This document shows positions 1 to 13,459 of a DNA stretch of 64,000 nt, one piece after another (the first letter of the stretch is position 1; each line of letters opens with the position of its first letter). This DNA comes from Squalus acanthias. Lineage: Eukaryota. Under the pieces are notes generated by a model. The model was not told the DNA's origin, did not search any database, and saw only the letters and a program-made list of their open reading frames with translations. A program made the translations under genes and the position numbers. The stretch spans positions 24,678,001 to 24,742,000 of the forward strand of contig CM059432.1 in the NCBI GenBank assembly GCA_030390025.1, written 5' to 3'.

Positions 1-2340
1 TAGGGCCACTTCCTTAAGTACCCTAGGATGTAGATTATCAGGCCCTGGGGATTTATCGGCCTTCAATCCCGTCAATTTCCCGAACACCATTTCCCTACAA
101 ATACTGATTTCATTCAGTTCCTCCCTCTCATTAGACCCTATGTTCCCCGACATCTCTGGGAGGTTATTTGTGCCCTCCTTTGTGAAGACAGAACCAAAGT
201 ATGTATTTAATTGGTTTCTCATTTCTTTGTTCCCCATTATAAATCCCCCTGATTCTGACTTTGCCAATCTTTTTCTCTTCTCATATCTATAGAAGCTTTT
301 ACAGTTAGTTTTTATGTTCCCTGCAAACTCACTCTCATATTTTATTTCCCCCCTCTTAATTAATCCCTTTGTCCTCCTTTGCTGAATCCTAAACTGCTCC
401 CAATCCTCAGGTTTGCTGCTTTTTCTGGCCAATTTATATCTCCTCTCCTTGGATCTTATGCTATCCCTAATTTCCCTTGTTAGCCACGGTTGAGTCACCT
501 TTTTTGTTTTATTTTTATTCCAAACAGGGACGAACAAATTCTGTAATTCATCCATGCAATCTTTACATGTTTGCCATTGCCTATCCACCGTCAACCCTTT
601 AAGTAACATTCCCCAATCCATCCTAGCCAACTTGCACCTCATACCATCGTCGTTTCCTTTATTTAAATTCAGGACCCTAGTCTCTGAGTCAACTACTTCA
701 CTCTCCATCTTAATGAAGAATTCTATCATATTATGATTTCTCCTCCCCAAGGGGCCTCGCACAATAAGTTTGCTAATTAATCCTTTCTCATTACATAATA
801 CCCAGTCTAAGATGGCCTGATCTCTAGTTGGTTCCTCGACATATTGGTCCAGGAAACCATCCCGTATACACTCTAGGAATTCCTCCTCCACAGTATTGTT
901 ACTAATTTGGTTAGCCCAATCTATATGTAGATTAAAGTCACCCATGATAACTGCAGTGCCCTTATTGCACGCGTCTCTAATTTCCCATTTAATGCCATCC
1001 CTAACCTCAGCATTACTGTTTGGGGGTCTGTATACAACTCCCACTAACGTTTTCTGCCCCTTGGCATTTCTCAGCTCTACCCATACAGATTCCACATCAT
1101 CAGAGCTAATATCCTTCCTTACTATTGTGTTAATCTCCTCTTTAACCAGCAATGCTACCCCACCTCCTTTTCCTTTTTGCCTGTCCTTCCTGAATATTGA
1201 ATACCCCTGGATGTTGAATTCCCAGCCTTGGTCACCCTGGAGCCATGTCTCCGTAAACCCAATTATATCATATCCGTTTACATATATTTGCGCAGCTAAT
1301 TCATCCACCTTATTACGAATGCTCCTCGCATTAAGACAAAAAGCCTTCAGGCTTGTTTTTTTAACACTCTTAGTCCTTTTCGAATTATTATTTACTGTAA
1401 CCCTGTTTGATTTACACCCTTGATTTCTCTGCCTTCCACTTTTGCTTTTCTCCTTCCTGTCTTTTGTTTCTATCCTTGATTCCCTTTTCTCTGTCTCCCT
1501 GCACAGGTTTTCAACCCCCTGCCATTTTAGTTTAAACCCTCCCCAACAGCACCAGCAAACACTCCCCCTAGGACATCGGTCCCGGTCCTGCCCAGGTGCA
1601 AACCGTCCAGTTTGTACTGGTCCCACCTCCCCCAGAACCGGTTCCAATGTCCCAGGAATTTGAATCCCTCCCCCTTGCACCATTCCACTAGCCACGTATT
1701 CACCTGAAATATCTTTCTATTTCTACTCTGACTAGCACGTGGCACTGGTAGCAATCCTGAGATTACTACCTTTGAGGTCCTATTTTTTAATTTACCTCCT
1801 AACTCCCTATATTCAGCTTTTAGGACCTCATCCTGTTTTTTACCTATATTGTTGGTACCTATATGCACCACGACAACTGGCTGTTCACCCTCCCCCCTCC
1901 AGAATGCCCTGCAGCTGCCCCGAGACATCCTAGACCCTTGCACCAGGGAGGCAACATACCATCCTGGAGTCTCGTTTGCGGCCACAGAAACGCCTATCTA
2001 TTCCCCTTACAATAGAATCCCCTATCACTATAGCTCTCCTGCTCTTTTTCCTCCCGTCCTGTGCAGCAGAACCACCCATGGTGCCAGGAAGTTGGCTGCT
2101 GCTGCTTTCCCCCGATAAGCCATCCCCCTCAACAATATCCAAAGCGGTATATCTGTTTGAGAGGGGGATGGCCACAGAGGACCCCTGCACTACCCGCCTG
2201 TGCCTACTACTCCGCTTGGCGGTCACCCATTCCCTTCCTGCCTGTGCAGCCTTTACCTGCGGTGTGACCAACTAATCAAACGTGCTATCCACAACGTCCT
2301 CAGCATCATGAATGTTCCAGTTTGTATCCATTCACAGCTC
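1..2340 (-). mobile_element. CR1 LINE, 5' part (ORF1 and start of ORF2 endonuclease), degenerate
   Basis: Minus ORFs 1930-2271 and 1527-1985 give SGNH/GDSL esterase motifs (AIVIGDSIVRG, VVHIGTNNIG, YKLDGLHL) typical of CR1 ORF1; the APE-like ORF2 start lies below ~1400. Confidence 0.85.
1527..2271 (-). pseudogene. CR1 ORF1 SGNH esterase domain, frameshifted near 1930-1985
   Basis: Esterase blocks are split over two frames. Confidence 0.8.
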
Positions 2341-2344
2341 CAGC

Positions 2345-2620
2345 AGAAGAAGAGCAGGAGATAATACGGCTAGAGAATGAGCAGGAGAGTTCTCCCAGTG
2401 TCCTGGCAAATATTTCTCCCTCAACCAACATCACTAAAAATCACATTATCTGGTAATTTATCTCAATGGTGTTTGTGGGACCTTGCTGTGTGCAAATTGG
2501 CTGCCATATTTCCCTGCAATACAACAGTGACTACGCTTCAAAGGTACTTTGTTAGTTGTAACGTGCTTGGAGACATCCTGAACTCGTGAAAGGTGCTAAT
2601 AATTGCAAATAGTTTCTTTC
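2345..2620 (+). mobile_element. Deu-type SINE fragment (3' half)
   Basis: Matches the 3' half of the full copy at 50494-50940 (gtgtcctggc..atatt, tttgtgggaccttgctgtg.gcaaatt.gctgcc). Confidence 0.7.
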
Positions 2621-4044
2621 AATTTCTGAGAGACATGATCAGGAAGTATGTGAATGAAAGTTCTTTCATAAGCTTTCTCTCTGAAAATACTAGATTTGAA
2701 CTCTTTCCTTTACTTGTTGTCGATCTATCTCCTCTGTTTTCTTGTCATACTCCATCTTATGAAGGAGCTTCTCCACACAATCATTGCTGTTTCTGGGATC
2801 TTGATGTGCTCAAAATGGCTGCCCAATTTGCATACAAAACTTCAGTGACTGAACTTTAATTATTCAGAGGTGAAGCATTTCGGGATCTGCTGATGATGTG
2901 AAAGGCTCTTTATAGACGCAAGTTCATTCTTTGAAGGGTTACATCCGCAATTTTAACTTCCTGTTTCAGAGGCTGAGTAACCTGCTGCAGATTTTCAGCA
3001 TTTTCTGTTTCTATTTGCAGCTTTCTGTCACTCCAGTTCCTGTAGTTAAATAAGAATCCTCATCACCAACCAAAAAAAGCATAATACTTCAGTAAAATGC
3101 ATTGGGAGTACGTCTGCTATGAAGTTAATGGCCTGCAGAGGGTGCTAAGAGAATCGTTTTACAGTGATTTGTTAACAGTGAATAATAAGACACAGGGGTT
3201 AAGACAATTCTGACTGTATTACTTTCTCTTGGAGGACGTTGAACAAATCAAAGCTTGGTCACAGTTACCATTGAAGAAATGTTTCACGATTTCCCCCTCC
3301 CCCTTTGTGTTTAATTATTGATGACTTTTTTGCACTCATCGGGATGACAGGCAACGGTCCTGACAATAGATTTGTACGTCAGCATCAAGCATTCCCAGAT
3401 CAGATATAGCAATGGTTAGATGCTGAGTAAAGCTCTCTTGCCCTGCCCTGCCCTGATCATGTGCCTTGATCCCAACTTCAGAAGAGCACATCCGACAGAC
3501 CATTGCAACACCAGTCATACTTGTGCTCTCTCTGAATGAGACTGCCAATTAATACTGGATTATGGGCAGTTTTGTGCTGTGAGACCAAACTCAGTAAGAA
3601 CAATCAACTGAGACTGCATTGAACTCATTTCAACCTTACGGCTATCTGAGAGAAGAACCATTCAAACCCAAGCCCCAAAGGTGCAACAATAATGTTCGAA
3701 GCCCTGTATTGCTGCATCACAAATTGCCCCCTTGCATAACACAATTTCTCTTACGTTCAGTAGATAATACGGCTAGAGAATGAGTGGTTGGGTTTAACGG
3801 GATGTCATCAGAGCCATAGTCACTGATTAAGCCAAATTAAATAAGAAAAATAGTTTTTTCTGGGGATTGCATTTTGCAATCTTGTTTATAATTTGGTCGT
3901 TGATTTAAGGTAACTGAATAGGTCAAAATTTCCTTTTTAATTGCTTGGGAATCTGGGTATTTACCAGTGTTTTTGCAGATTGCATTCTGTGATTCCATCC
4001 AGTTTTCCCTGAGGTTAAAAACAATGGCCTTGGGCATTCAAGAA

Positions 4045-4790
4045 TCATATTGAACAGAAGGAGGCCATTTGGCCCATCATGCATGTGCCGGCTCTTTGAA
4101 AGAGATATCCAATTAGTCCCACTCGCCTGCCCTTTCCACACAGCCCTGCAATTTTTTTTCTTTTCAAGTATTTATCCAATTCCCTTTTGAAAGTTACTAT
4201 TGAATCTGCTTTCACTACCCTTTCAGGCAGTGCATTCCAGATCATAACAACTCGCTGCATAACTTTTTTTGCCTCTTTCCCCTCTGGTTCTTTTGCCAGT
4301 TAACTTAAATCTGTGTTTTCTGATTACCGACCGTCTTGCCAGTGGAAGCTGTTGCTCCTTATTTACTCTATAAAAACCCTTCGTAATTTTGAACACCTCA
4401 ACTAAATCTCCCCTTAACCTTCTCTGCTCTAAGGAGAACAACTCCAGTTTCTCCAGTCTCTCCACATATCTGAAGTCCCTCATCCTGGGTACCATTATAG
4501 TAACTCTATCTCTGTACCCTCTTCAAGGCAGTAACATTCTTCCTAATGTGTGATGCCCAGAATTGAATAAAATACTCCAGCTGAAGCCTAACCAATGATT
4601 TATAAAGGTTCAGCATAACTTCCTGGCTTTTGTAATCTATGCCTCTATTTATAAAGCCCAAGATCCCGTATGGTTTTTTTTAATAGCCTGATGAACTTGT
4701 CCTGTCACCTTCAAAAATTCGTATATGTGAATCCCCAGATCTCTCTGTTCCTGCAGTCTTTAAAATTGTTCCATTTAATTTATATTGCCC
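4045..4790 (-). mobile_element. CR1 LINE 3' fragment
   Basis: RLEKLELFSLEQRRLRGDL and QRVVMIWNALP motifs of the CR1 ORF2 C-terminus. Confidence 0.85.
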
Positions 4791-5399
4791 ATTCTGGTAA
4801 AGTGATTTGAAAATAATTTCAGCAGATTTACAAGCAAGTAAACGTGCAGTGACAGGATTATTAATATCTGTGGATCACCTAACTTGTCTGCCACTAAAAA
4901 AATGTGCCACTTTATCAAATTATCGTGAGAATCACATCGCCATAATTCACAGGCACAGCAGTTGCTCCTGTGCTGTGCTGTGCAAGTTCACCCCAGCCTA
5001 GAGTTTTCGAAGCGGGTTGTTCTAGAAACCTTCCTGATACCATGACGATCTCCCAGTAAAACCACGTCATTTAAAATAAAAACAGTATGGCTGGGTTTTC
5101 CCAGGTCCCACCCGCACGGTGTGGGGGGACCCGGGAGATGGCGGGAAACCCGGAAGTTCAGGTTTCCCGGCACGCTGTGGACTTTTAATGCCAAAGCATG
5201 CGTGCGATGTGAAGGGCGGGTTCCCCGCCCGGAGGTCAGGCTGATCGACAGGCTGGCTTCCAGTCGTGCGGGGAACGCGGACAAGGAGGCCACAGGACAA
5301 AGTAAGTGCTGGGCCCAGGATGGTTGGGGGGGCAGTTCCAAGTCATGGGGAGGGTTCCGATCCCCGACCCCGGGGGGGGGGTGAGATCGATCCTGGCGG

Positions 5400-5785
5400 A
5401 CTTTTGAAGTGTAGTCACTGTTTTAATGGAGGAAAAGCAGCAGCCAATTTGCACACAACACGTTCCCACAAACAGCAATGAGATAAGTGAGCAGATAATC
5501 TGTTTTTAGGTGTTTGTTGAGAGATAAATATTACCAGGACACCACGGAAAATGCACCTGCTCTTCTTCCAATGGTGTCGTGCGATTTTTTACATCCACCT
5601 GCCCTAACCCTGAAAAGGCAGATGGGGCCTCGGTTTAATGTCTCACCCAAAAGACGGCACCTCCAACAGTGCAGCATTCCCTCAGTACTGCACAGGAGTG
5701 GACTTAAGATTGTGTGCTCAAGTCCCTGGAGTGGAACCTTCTGACTCAGAGGTAAGCCTGCTACTATTGAGCCATGGCTGACTCT
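5400..5785 (-). mobile_element. tRNA-headed Deu-type SINE
   Basis: Reverse-complement homology to 50494-50940. Confidence 0.75.
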
Positions 5786-8544
5786 GTGACTAGATTCCCA
5801 GCATGTGTGCTATATTTCACGCACAATATAGATTGTCTGTCAAAATAATAGGTTCCTCAAAAAAAACATTTGAAGACATAAGATTTTTTTTTAAATCCGC
5901 ATGCAATTGTGGTGCTTTTATTTACAGATGGATCACTGCTGTCTGAGCTGAATGAAAGACGGATTAACTTTACACTGGGAATGCAGAGCAGACTAAGGCA
6001 AAGAATTTATGTGCTGAAGGTCACCAATTCAGCAAATATACGTGTTCCTTCAGCTTGATCACCTTCCTTACCGAGACACCCGTTGAAGTGTTGAGCTCAA
6101 ATGTATTTGGCCAAGAGAGGTCAGATTCATCGATTCATGAATAAAATATTATTATTCCAGTGAATTAAATTTTAATTAAAAAAAATTAATCCGAAGTAAG
6201 AGCAGGAAATGCTGACAATGCACCTTGGGTCAGTCAGCATCTGAAGGAGAAAGATGGGTCACGGGCCAGAATTTTCTGGCAAGTGTCAAGAGCTGCGCTG
6301 TGCTGGTACTTTGTGCGAGGAAATTCTCGCGCGACTGATTTATGCCGGTTTTGCTCGCTTGTTTGCTCATCCGGGCTACCGCCGCTGAAACCCTCTGCCG
6401 CTCACTTACATAGCTTCACCCCTTCCCCATGCAAAAGACCAGCTCACTCCAGTTTGCTGGATTTATGCGAATAATTTGCTGACATAGAAATACACCCAAA
6501 GACGGAGGTGCAGCACGGCCCAAAGTCACCAGATATCTGCTCAATTGAGATTTCTGGAGATTGGTAGCCATTTTCTTTGCAGTCTTTTTCTTTGAGACAG
6601 AGCCAAATTGCTGTCAGTCTCAATCCACCTGACATTTTTTCAGACCCCTGTCCCCAAACGTTCAGAAGGACTAAGCAGTGGAACCGGCCTTCCCAATGAG
6701 CATACCCCATAATAATGGGAGAGGAAGTTGAGCAGCAGAGGCAAGAGGCTCTGAGAGTGAGATGACATGACAGAGGTACTGATAAAGTCAAGTCACCAGC
6801 ACAGCAACCCAATGGATGTAAAGTTCCTCAGAGCTTCTCCCGCTCCGTCAGCATTACGATTTCCGGCCGCACTTCCGGCAAAAAGTAACGCTGTGAAGTG
6901 GGAGCAATTCCAAGGAATTTCCCAGCAAACGCCACTCAAAAGTGCAGCTGGTAGAGATGTTAACCTCAGTAGGTAATTCTGAATAATTCAGGCTTTAACA
7001 ATGTTGGCAATGGCTTTTTGAACACAGCAACAGGAGTAGGCAATTCAGCCCCCCGAGCCTGTTCTGCCATTCAATTAGATCATAGCTGATCTGTATCTCA
7101 ACTGCTCTGTATCCATTTACCCAGCTTTTCTCCATATTCCTTGATAATCTTGAAAATATTCTAATTTGTCTTTCTCGGAACAGAAGTGGATGACCTCACA
7201 CTTCCCCACATTGAACTCCATCTGCCATAGTTCTACCCATTCACTTAGTCTGTCTATATCCCTTTGCAACTTCCTGCTTCAATCTACACAATTTACTGTG
7301 CCTCCTATCTCAGTGTCATTTGCAAACTTGAATATCCAACTTCCTATTCCTTCATCCAAGTCATTAAATACATTGTGAAAAACTAAGGCCTCAGTACAGA
7401 TCCCTGAGGAGCACTATGTGTTACATCTCGCCAATGAGAAAACATTCCCTTTATCCCTACTCTCTTTCTCCTACCTCCTATCAATTACTGACCTACGTCA
7501 ATAGCATAGCTCCAATTTCATTTTCAGTTTTGTTGGTGTGCAAATTAATTATTGGACATAGCAATGGAGTCGTTATCTATTCGGTTGAATGTAGAAATGA
7601 GAGGCTAAAGCAGAAATAAGTTCCTCTCCAGTAGACATGGTGGTAAAATGTCAGGGTTCTCAACTGGGAGTTCAAACATAGATTTATATAGTATTACATA
7701 GTAGTTACAGTACAGAAACAGGCCATTTGGCCCAACAGGTCTATGCCGGTGTTCATGCTCCAGATGAGCCCCCTCCCACCCTTCTTCATCTAACCCCATC
7801 AACATATTGGGTAGTTCTAAATGGTAGATAGTTTGGGTACAAACTAAGCATATTTAACTGAAATGAGAACTTCCTTCCCCACACTATGCAAGTTCTGGTG
7901 GTTCCTGCAGGCCACTAAATGATGCAGGACTGCTGCTGTGAAGCATCAGCACGCTTTAGTTCACACTCCACATGGTCATGATTCTTGATTTTACAAAGAA
8001 AAGTCCACAAAACAGCAATATAGACACATGAAGTAAGTATTTTCTGAGGCGAATGCACCATTTTAAAAATAGCTTATAAAGTATTTACAGTTGCAACACA
8101 AATGGACAACAATTGGTAATGCTGCATTTGGGCCAGTTTTACACCAGATTTTAAGTTCCACCGTAGACAAATGAGTTCTGCAGGAAATTTTGGTGCAAGT
8201 TTGCATCGGCAAGATTGCCGCAGAAACTTTGCGTAAGTTTTGGCATAATTTTTGTGCAGGTGGTAATCCAGGAAATTCAGGGCACTGGTTGTGGTGGTTT
8301 TGTTTCATCAATTCTTCAGCACATCCGTGGTCCCACCATTTCAGGAATCATTCTGATCTTCATATTATTCCATCATCTCTATCTACTTACCCTTGTAAAC
8401 CTCAATCCCATTCCAATTTACATTCATTATCCTTCTCCTGTTTCTGCTCTTAATCAACATATCATTAACTATTGGTGCAATCTATTCTACACATCCATTC
8501 TATGTTTCAGAAAAATGTGATTCCTTCTAACCTCAAATCTTGCT

Positions 8545-11475
8545 AAAAAAGGGGTACATTGCTGCCCGGGATGCCCTCATTATTGCAAGGTTCATTTAGG
8601 TTCACCAATGTTCACCCAGTGCCCCAATCTAGCAACCACCTGAAAAAGCCACTTTTCCACCCCGCCCCCTCACCACCACCCACCCCCACCACCCTGCCAC
8701 AACAATGCCACTAACATATAGCAGTCCTGCAAACAACCAAGGGTCCCTTTCACAGCCCCCCATTGCTCGGCATCAATTCATAGGTCTTCCCAGTCATCAT
8801 TACACAACTGAAAAGGCCATTTGCCAGCCAGCAACCAAGAATGGGTAAGACGGGAAAGTGGTGCAAAACAGTAATATTTATGTGGCTCAGTTAGAAAACA
8901 GAAACTTACCAATCAAACAATGTGTAACACACCCATGTGCATACACTTGCACGACTAGAAATCTTTACTCTTCCTTTTCCTAGCACTTCTACATGGTGCA
9001 ACCCCTGTGGCTTCAGCAGAGGTAGAGGCAGGCTGCTCAGACCCCTGCTCTGACTGCTGAGATGCTCTTGGCCGACGTGCTCAGGGTTTTGGAGCCCGTG
9101 AGGTCCCCGCCAAAGACTGCTCCACCTACACCTGTGCAGGGGCAGACTCGGCCATTGGGACACAAAGCTGCATGTGGGGTACTGACTGGGGGGCAGGCAA
9201 CGGGTGAGAAGTGGAAGCACTTTGAGCTGAGTCCCCACTTCCATGTCCCCTTTCATCATCATCCCTCTCATGGTCCAGCCTCACTTCCTTGCTAGCAATG
9301 TGCTGGAGAACACTTCGCTGCAGATCACTGGGACGATGAATGGCCAAGGCTAGCGTATCATTCATTCTAATTAAGGTAGAATTCATAGTGTGCAAGCCAT
9401 TGGTGAAGGGCTGCACTCGGGTGATTGCCGCGCATGATGCTCCATGCACTCTTTCCATGGTAGAAGAGATCACGGCAAAGGTCTGCGACATCATGCCACT
9501 TATGCTTGAGACGGACTCCACAATCTCTCTGCAATGGTGCACAGTGCAGCTGGAACACCTATTGAAGTCAATGGGTCTCAGGGGATCCTGGATCTCCCTC
9601 CCTAACAGCACTGTGGGAGTACCTTTACCACATGGACTGCAGCGGTTCAAGAAGATGCCTCACCACCACCTTCTCAACGGCAATTAGGGATGGGCAATAA
9701 ATGCTGGCCTTGCAGCGACGTCCACATCCCAGGAATGAATTTAAAAAAAGAATCGCACTTTCTTTGCTGTTGCTCCAGAAGTATCCTGTTCATCGACAGC
9801 CCTTGAGATACAGCATCTGCATCCAGCTGAGCAGAGCTTGGAGAGTCCTGTACCCTCCGATGTGGATGCTCCACTGCTGTCCCTGACTCCACCATCTGCT
9901 CTTGATCACTTGTGAAGTGCGAGTCACCATTTGAAAACCCAACTATCTCTCTAAGTTCTCCCACTGAAGTGCAAGTATCTGAGCTGGTGCATGGTCTGCA
10001 CAAGTCCTGTGATGGTGCACCCCAGAGTGAGTGAGCTTCTCTGAGGAGTCATCATCATCATCGGCGACCTGGACCACCTCCTGTGGAATGCATGAAGGCC
10101 CTGTGGGAGATAAAAGACATGACAGAATGACTACTGTGAAGTTAAGTATGTTTGAAGTTATCATTACGCACATGATCATATTTCACTCGCTGTTGACATC
10201 AAGTCAACATGACTGAGTGTTGTATGTCATGTGGCTGCCTGATATTTAATTCCGTCCCCAGGTAGCTGGAAGGCCCACATATCCCCATCTCTGACAGCCA
10301 GGCACGCCGAGACTCTGCTGATCTCCAGCACCTCCTCCTCTGCAGCTGTTAGTTGTAAGATGGACGGATCCAGGAGCGTGGCACTACGCTACTGCTGCTG
10401 ACCTCTTGTGCCACCTACAAACACGTCTTCTTGGTTTCCCCAGCCGGCTCCTTCCTCTCGTTGCTAGGGAACAGTATATCGCTCCGGGTCCTCACAGCCC
10501 CCAGCAGCACATCCAGGGAGGCGCCGCTGAAGCAGGGTGCAGCCTTTGACCTTCTACCTTCCATGGCAACACTTCGTTCTCTCTCCTTTCCACCTCCAAC
10601 TGCTTCAACTTGCACATTTGGAGTGTCCCTTTAAATAGTGGAGTTGAAATCGCATCATGAGAGTTGTCATGAGAGCTGGCACTAACTGGTCGGGAAACCC
10701 GGAAATACTGGCCCAGAAATTCGGCCGAATACGGGAGAGTACGCACTGTATACTCACCCGTATTCGGTCCCGAAGTGCCGGTTTCCTGCATGCACTGCGC
10801 ATGCGCGGGAAACCGGCACTTCCGATATTGCGAAGGGGGGCGGTTCCTAAGTGAACCGCGTGCGCACTACAGGCTGTGCGCACGCAGCACACTTAGGTTT
10901 TTTTTCAGGTTTGAATGCGAGGGTAAGTATGGAAGATTTTACACATGAAAAAAGGAGGCGTAAGACCCCCTTTTAACAAGGTAAGTAGTTAATTAAGTAT
11001 TATTTTAATTTTTTTTCAACAGGTTTATCTTTTTTAGAGACTTTAAAGAAAGGTAAGTTTATTTTTATAACTTTTAAAAAGAATTTAAAATTTTTCAAAA
11101 ATTAAAATTTTTGTTTAAAGTGGTTAATTTATTTAACTATAGTTATTTTATTAATGTGATGGATTAAAAAAAAAATTAATTGAGGTTTAGCTGTTCTTTT
11201 GGGGGCAAGTTGTATTCATAGTTTTGACAGTTCTCCTGTCAAAACTATGAATGAAAGATGGTCTGCTGCCATTGGCTCTAACTGGCCCACGTGATCCCAG
11301 AGGTCGCATCGAACTAACTGCGCCTCTGGGACACGCACACACTGCGCGCTGGCACCAGGGAGAGGCCCAGGACCAGAAGTTCGTGTGGGCCCGAACCATA
11401 AAGGCAGGTGCGGTAGGTAAGATCGCGCCGGATCCTTACCCCCGCGGCAACCATCGAAGTCTAATTTCTGGGCCC
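8545..11475. mobile_element. PIF/Harbinger transposon relic, left end lost
   Basis: Transposase C-terminal remnant on + (GYIAARDALIIARFI*, ~8551-8599); Myb/SANT-like remnant on - (AAPCFSGASLDVLLGAVRTRSDILFP, 10415-10615); right end aatttctgggccc at ~11463-11475. Confidence 0.7.
9585..9750 (+). mobile_element. Short LINE 3' end nested in the Harbinger relic
   Basis: Same 3' sequence as the LINE at 30560-31540, ending in an A-tail. Confidence 0.7.
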
Positions 11476-12604
11476 ATATGTTAATGCAGTGGCTGTGTTA
11501 AAAGGACACTGACAGATGCACTTCACATATTTCTGAGTTTCCCACACGTTATTAGGACCCCTCCCCCCCGCTGCCAGCGCGTCTGCACATTAAATTCACA
11601 TAGATTCAAGTTGTAACAGGTAAAATTCTTCTTTATACAAGAGTACAAAATCGACGTCCAGGATCAGAAGTGGAGGAAAAAACCCTGGAACCTTTTAAGA
11701 AACAATTGGAACCTGAAATGAAAGGGCTGGTAGGATCTTTCTGGATGGAAGAACTCAGATAAGCCGAATTGCCTTCCTCAGCTATAACTATCTTGTGATT
11801 CAAGGTGTTCAACTACAGCTGGTTATCATTATGTTTATATAAGAACAAATAGTTGTCCTGATGTACACACCAAAACCTCCCTGCCCTGTGCTTGTAGTTA
11901 ATACCCCACTGATCTATCCATAGCCATCTATTTTATCAACTATGTCTCAGGCTTAGAATTCCTGGTATACCAATAAACAAGCGCTACAGTATCAGCTAGG
12001 CTACCTGACTGGCACTAACACTCAAGTGCTTGTGTTTTTCTACCACCCAGGGAATAAAATTGCAATGAGAATAGAAATAAGTTTAAACCAGTTTTGAAGA
12101 TGGAATCAATTTGAATTTAGAGGAGAGCATGTGAAGTTAATCTGAGACACACAGCATCATCCTGTGTGTTTATTAACCATGAACCAGGCACCCTGATGAA
12201 TAGATTAACACCTGTCTCTCCATATCCCGCCTGGTCAGTACTCCACTTATTCCTTTCCTTCCAGCATCCACCAACATCAACCATCTGTTCCACTGTGAAT
12301 GACCTCCTTGATAGATAGGCTGACACATGCAACCAGCTGAGCTAACTAGGCAACACTAACGCTTGTGTCCCCACATTCTGCCATCTAGAGAATACTATTA
12401 TTGCAAGGCTGACAATCCACCAAGTGTAGACAATTACAGCATGGAGCTTTCCTCCATCTCAGGCATTTCATAACAAAAAGAAAAGTGGATTCTGGTACAA
12501 ATTGAAATGTTCAGAGGTGATGTAGAATAAGTTTTGATTCAGCAGATGAGAACTGAAAAAGGAAATAAGAGGGGCAAAGAGAGTGTATGAGGAAAGATTA
12601 GTGG

Positions 12605-13268
12605 CTAAGACTTCCTATTTCCACCTCTGTAACCTCGCCCGACTCCGCCCCTGCCTCAGCTCATCTGCTGCTGAAACCCTCATCAATGCCTTTGTTACCT
12701 CTAGACTTGACTATTGCAACACACTCCTGGCTGGCCACCACGTTCTACCCTATGTAAACTTGAGGTCATCCAAAACTTTGCTGTCCGTGTCCTAACCAAG
12801 TCCCGTTCACCCATCACCCCTGTACTCGCTGACCGACATTGGCTCCCGGTTAAGGAACACCTCGATTTCAAAATTCTCATCCTTGTTTTCAAATCCCTCC
12901 ATGGTCTCACCCCTCCCTATCTCTGTAATCTCCTCCAGCCCCACAACCCTCGGAGATATCTGCGCTCCTCAACTTCTGGCCTCTTGAGCATCCCTGATTT
13001 TAATCACTCAACCATTGGTGGCCATGCCTTCAGCTGCCAAGGCCATAAGCTCTGGAATTCCTTCCCTAAATCTTTCCACCTCTCTACCTCTCTTTCCCCT
13101 TTAAGGCACTCCTTAAAACCTACCTCTTTGAACCAAACTTTTGGTCATCTGCCCTAATATCTCCTTGTGTGGTTTGGTGTAAAATTTTGTTTTATAACAC
13201 TCCTATGAAGCACTTTGGGACGTTTTACTACATTACAGGTGCTATGTAAATACAAGTTGTTGTTGTTG
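12605..13268 (+). mobile_element. L2-clade LINE 3' fragment
   Basis: AETLINAFVTSRLDYCN, PITPVLADRHWLPV, FKILILVFKSLHGLTPPYL; (ttg)n tail. Confidence 0.85.
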
Positions 13269-13269
13269 A

Positions 13270-13459
13270 GTAACATAAAAGGGAAAACTAAAGTCTTTCA
13301 TAAACATAGTAAAAGGATGGTTAATGGAAGGGTGCGGCAGATTAGAGAACAAAAAGGAGATCTTCTTGTGGAGGCAGAGGGCATGGCTGAGGTACGAAAT
13401 GAGTACTTTGCATCTGTCTTCACTAAAGAAGAGGATGCTGCCAATGCCACAGTAAAGGA
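13270..13459 (+). mobile_element. CR1 ORF2 fragment, left flank of the LTR element (continues at 28223)
   Basis: EGMAEVRNEYFASVFTKEEDAANATVK continues as EEGVEKFDRIKID after 28222. Confidence 0.85.

Noticed and set aside
896..1423. 175-aa + strand ORF, and similar ORFs such as 28666-29289 and 56832-57257
   Set aside because: Antisense shadows of CR1 ORF2
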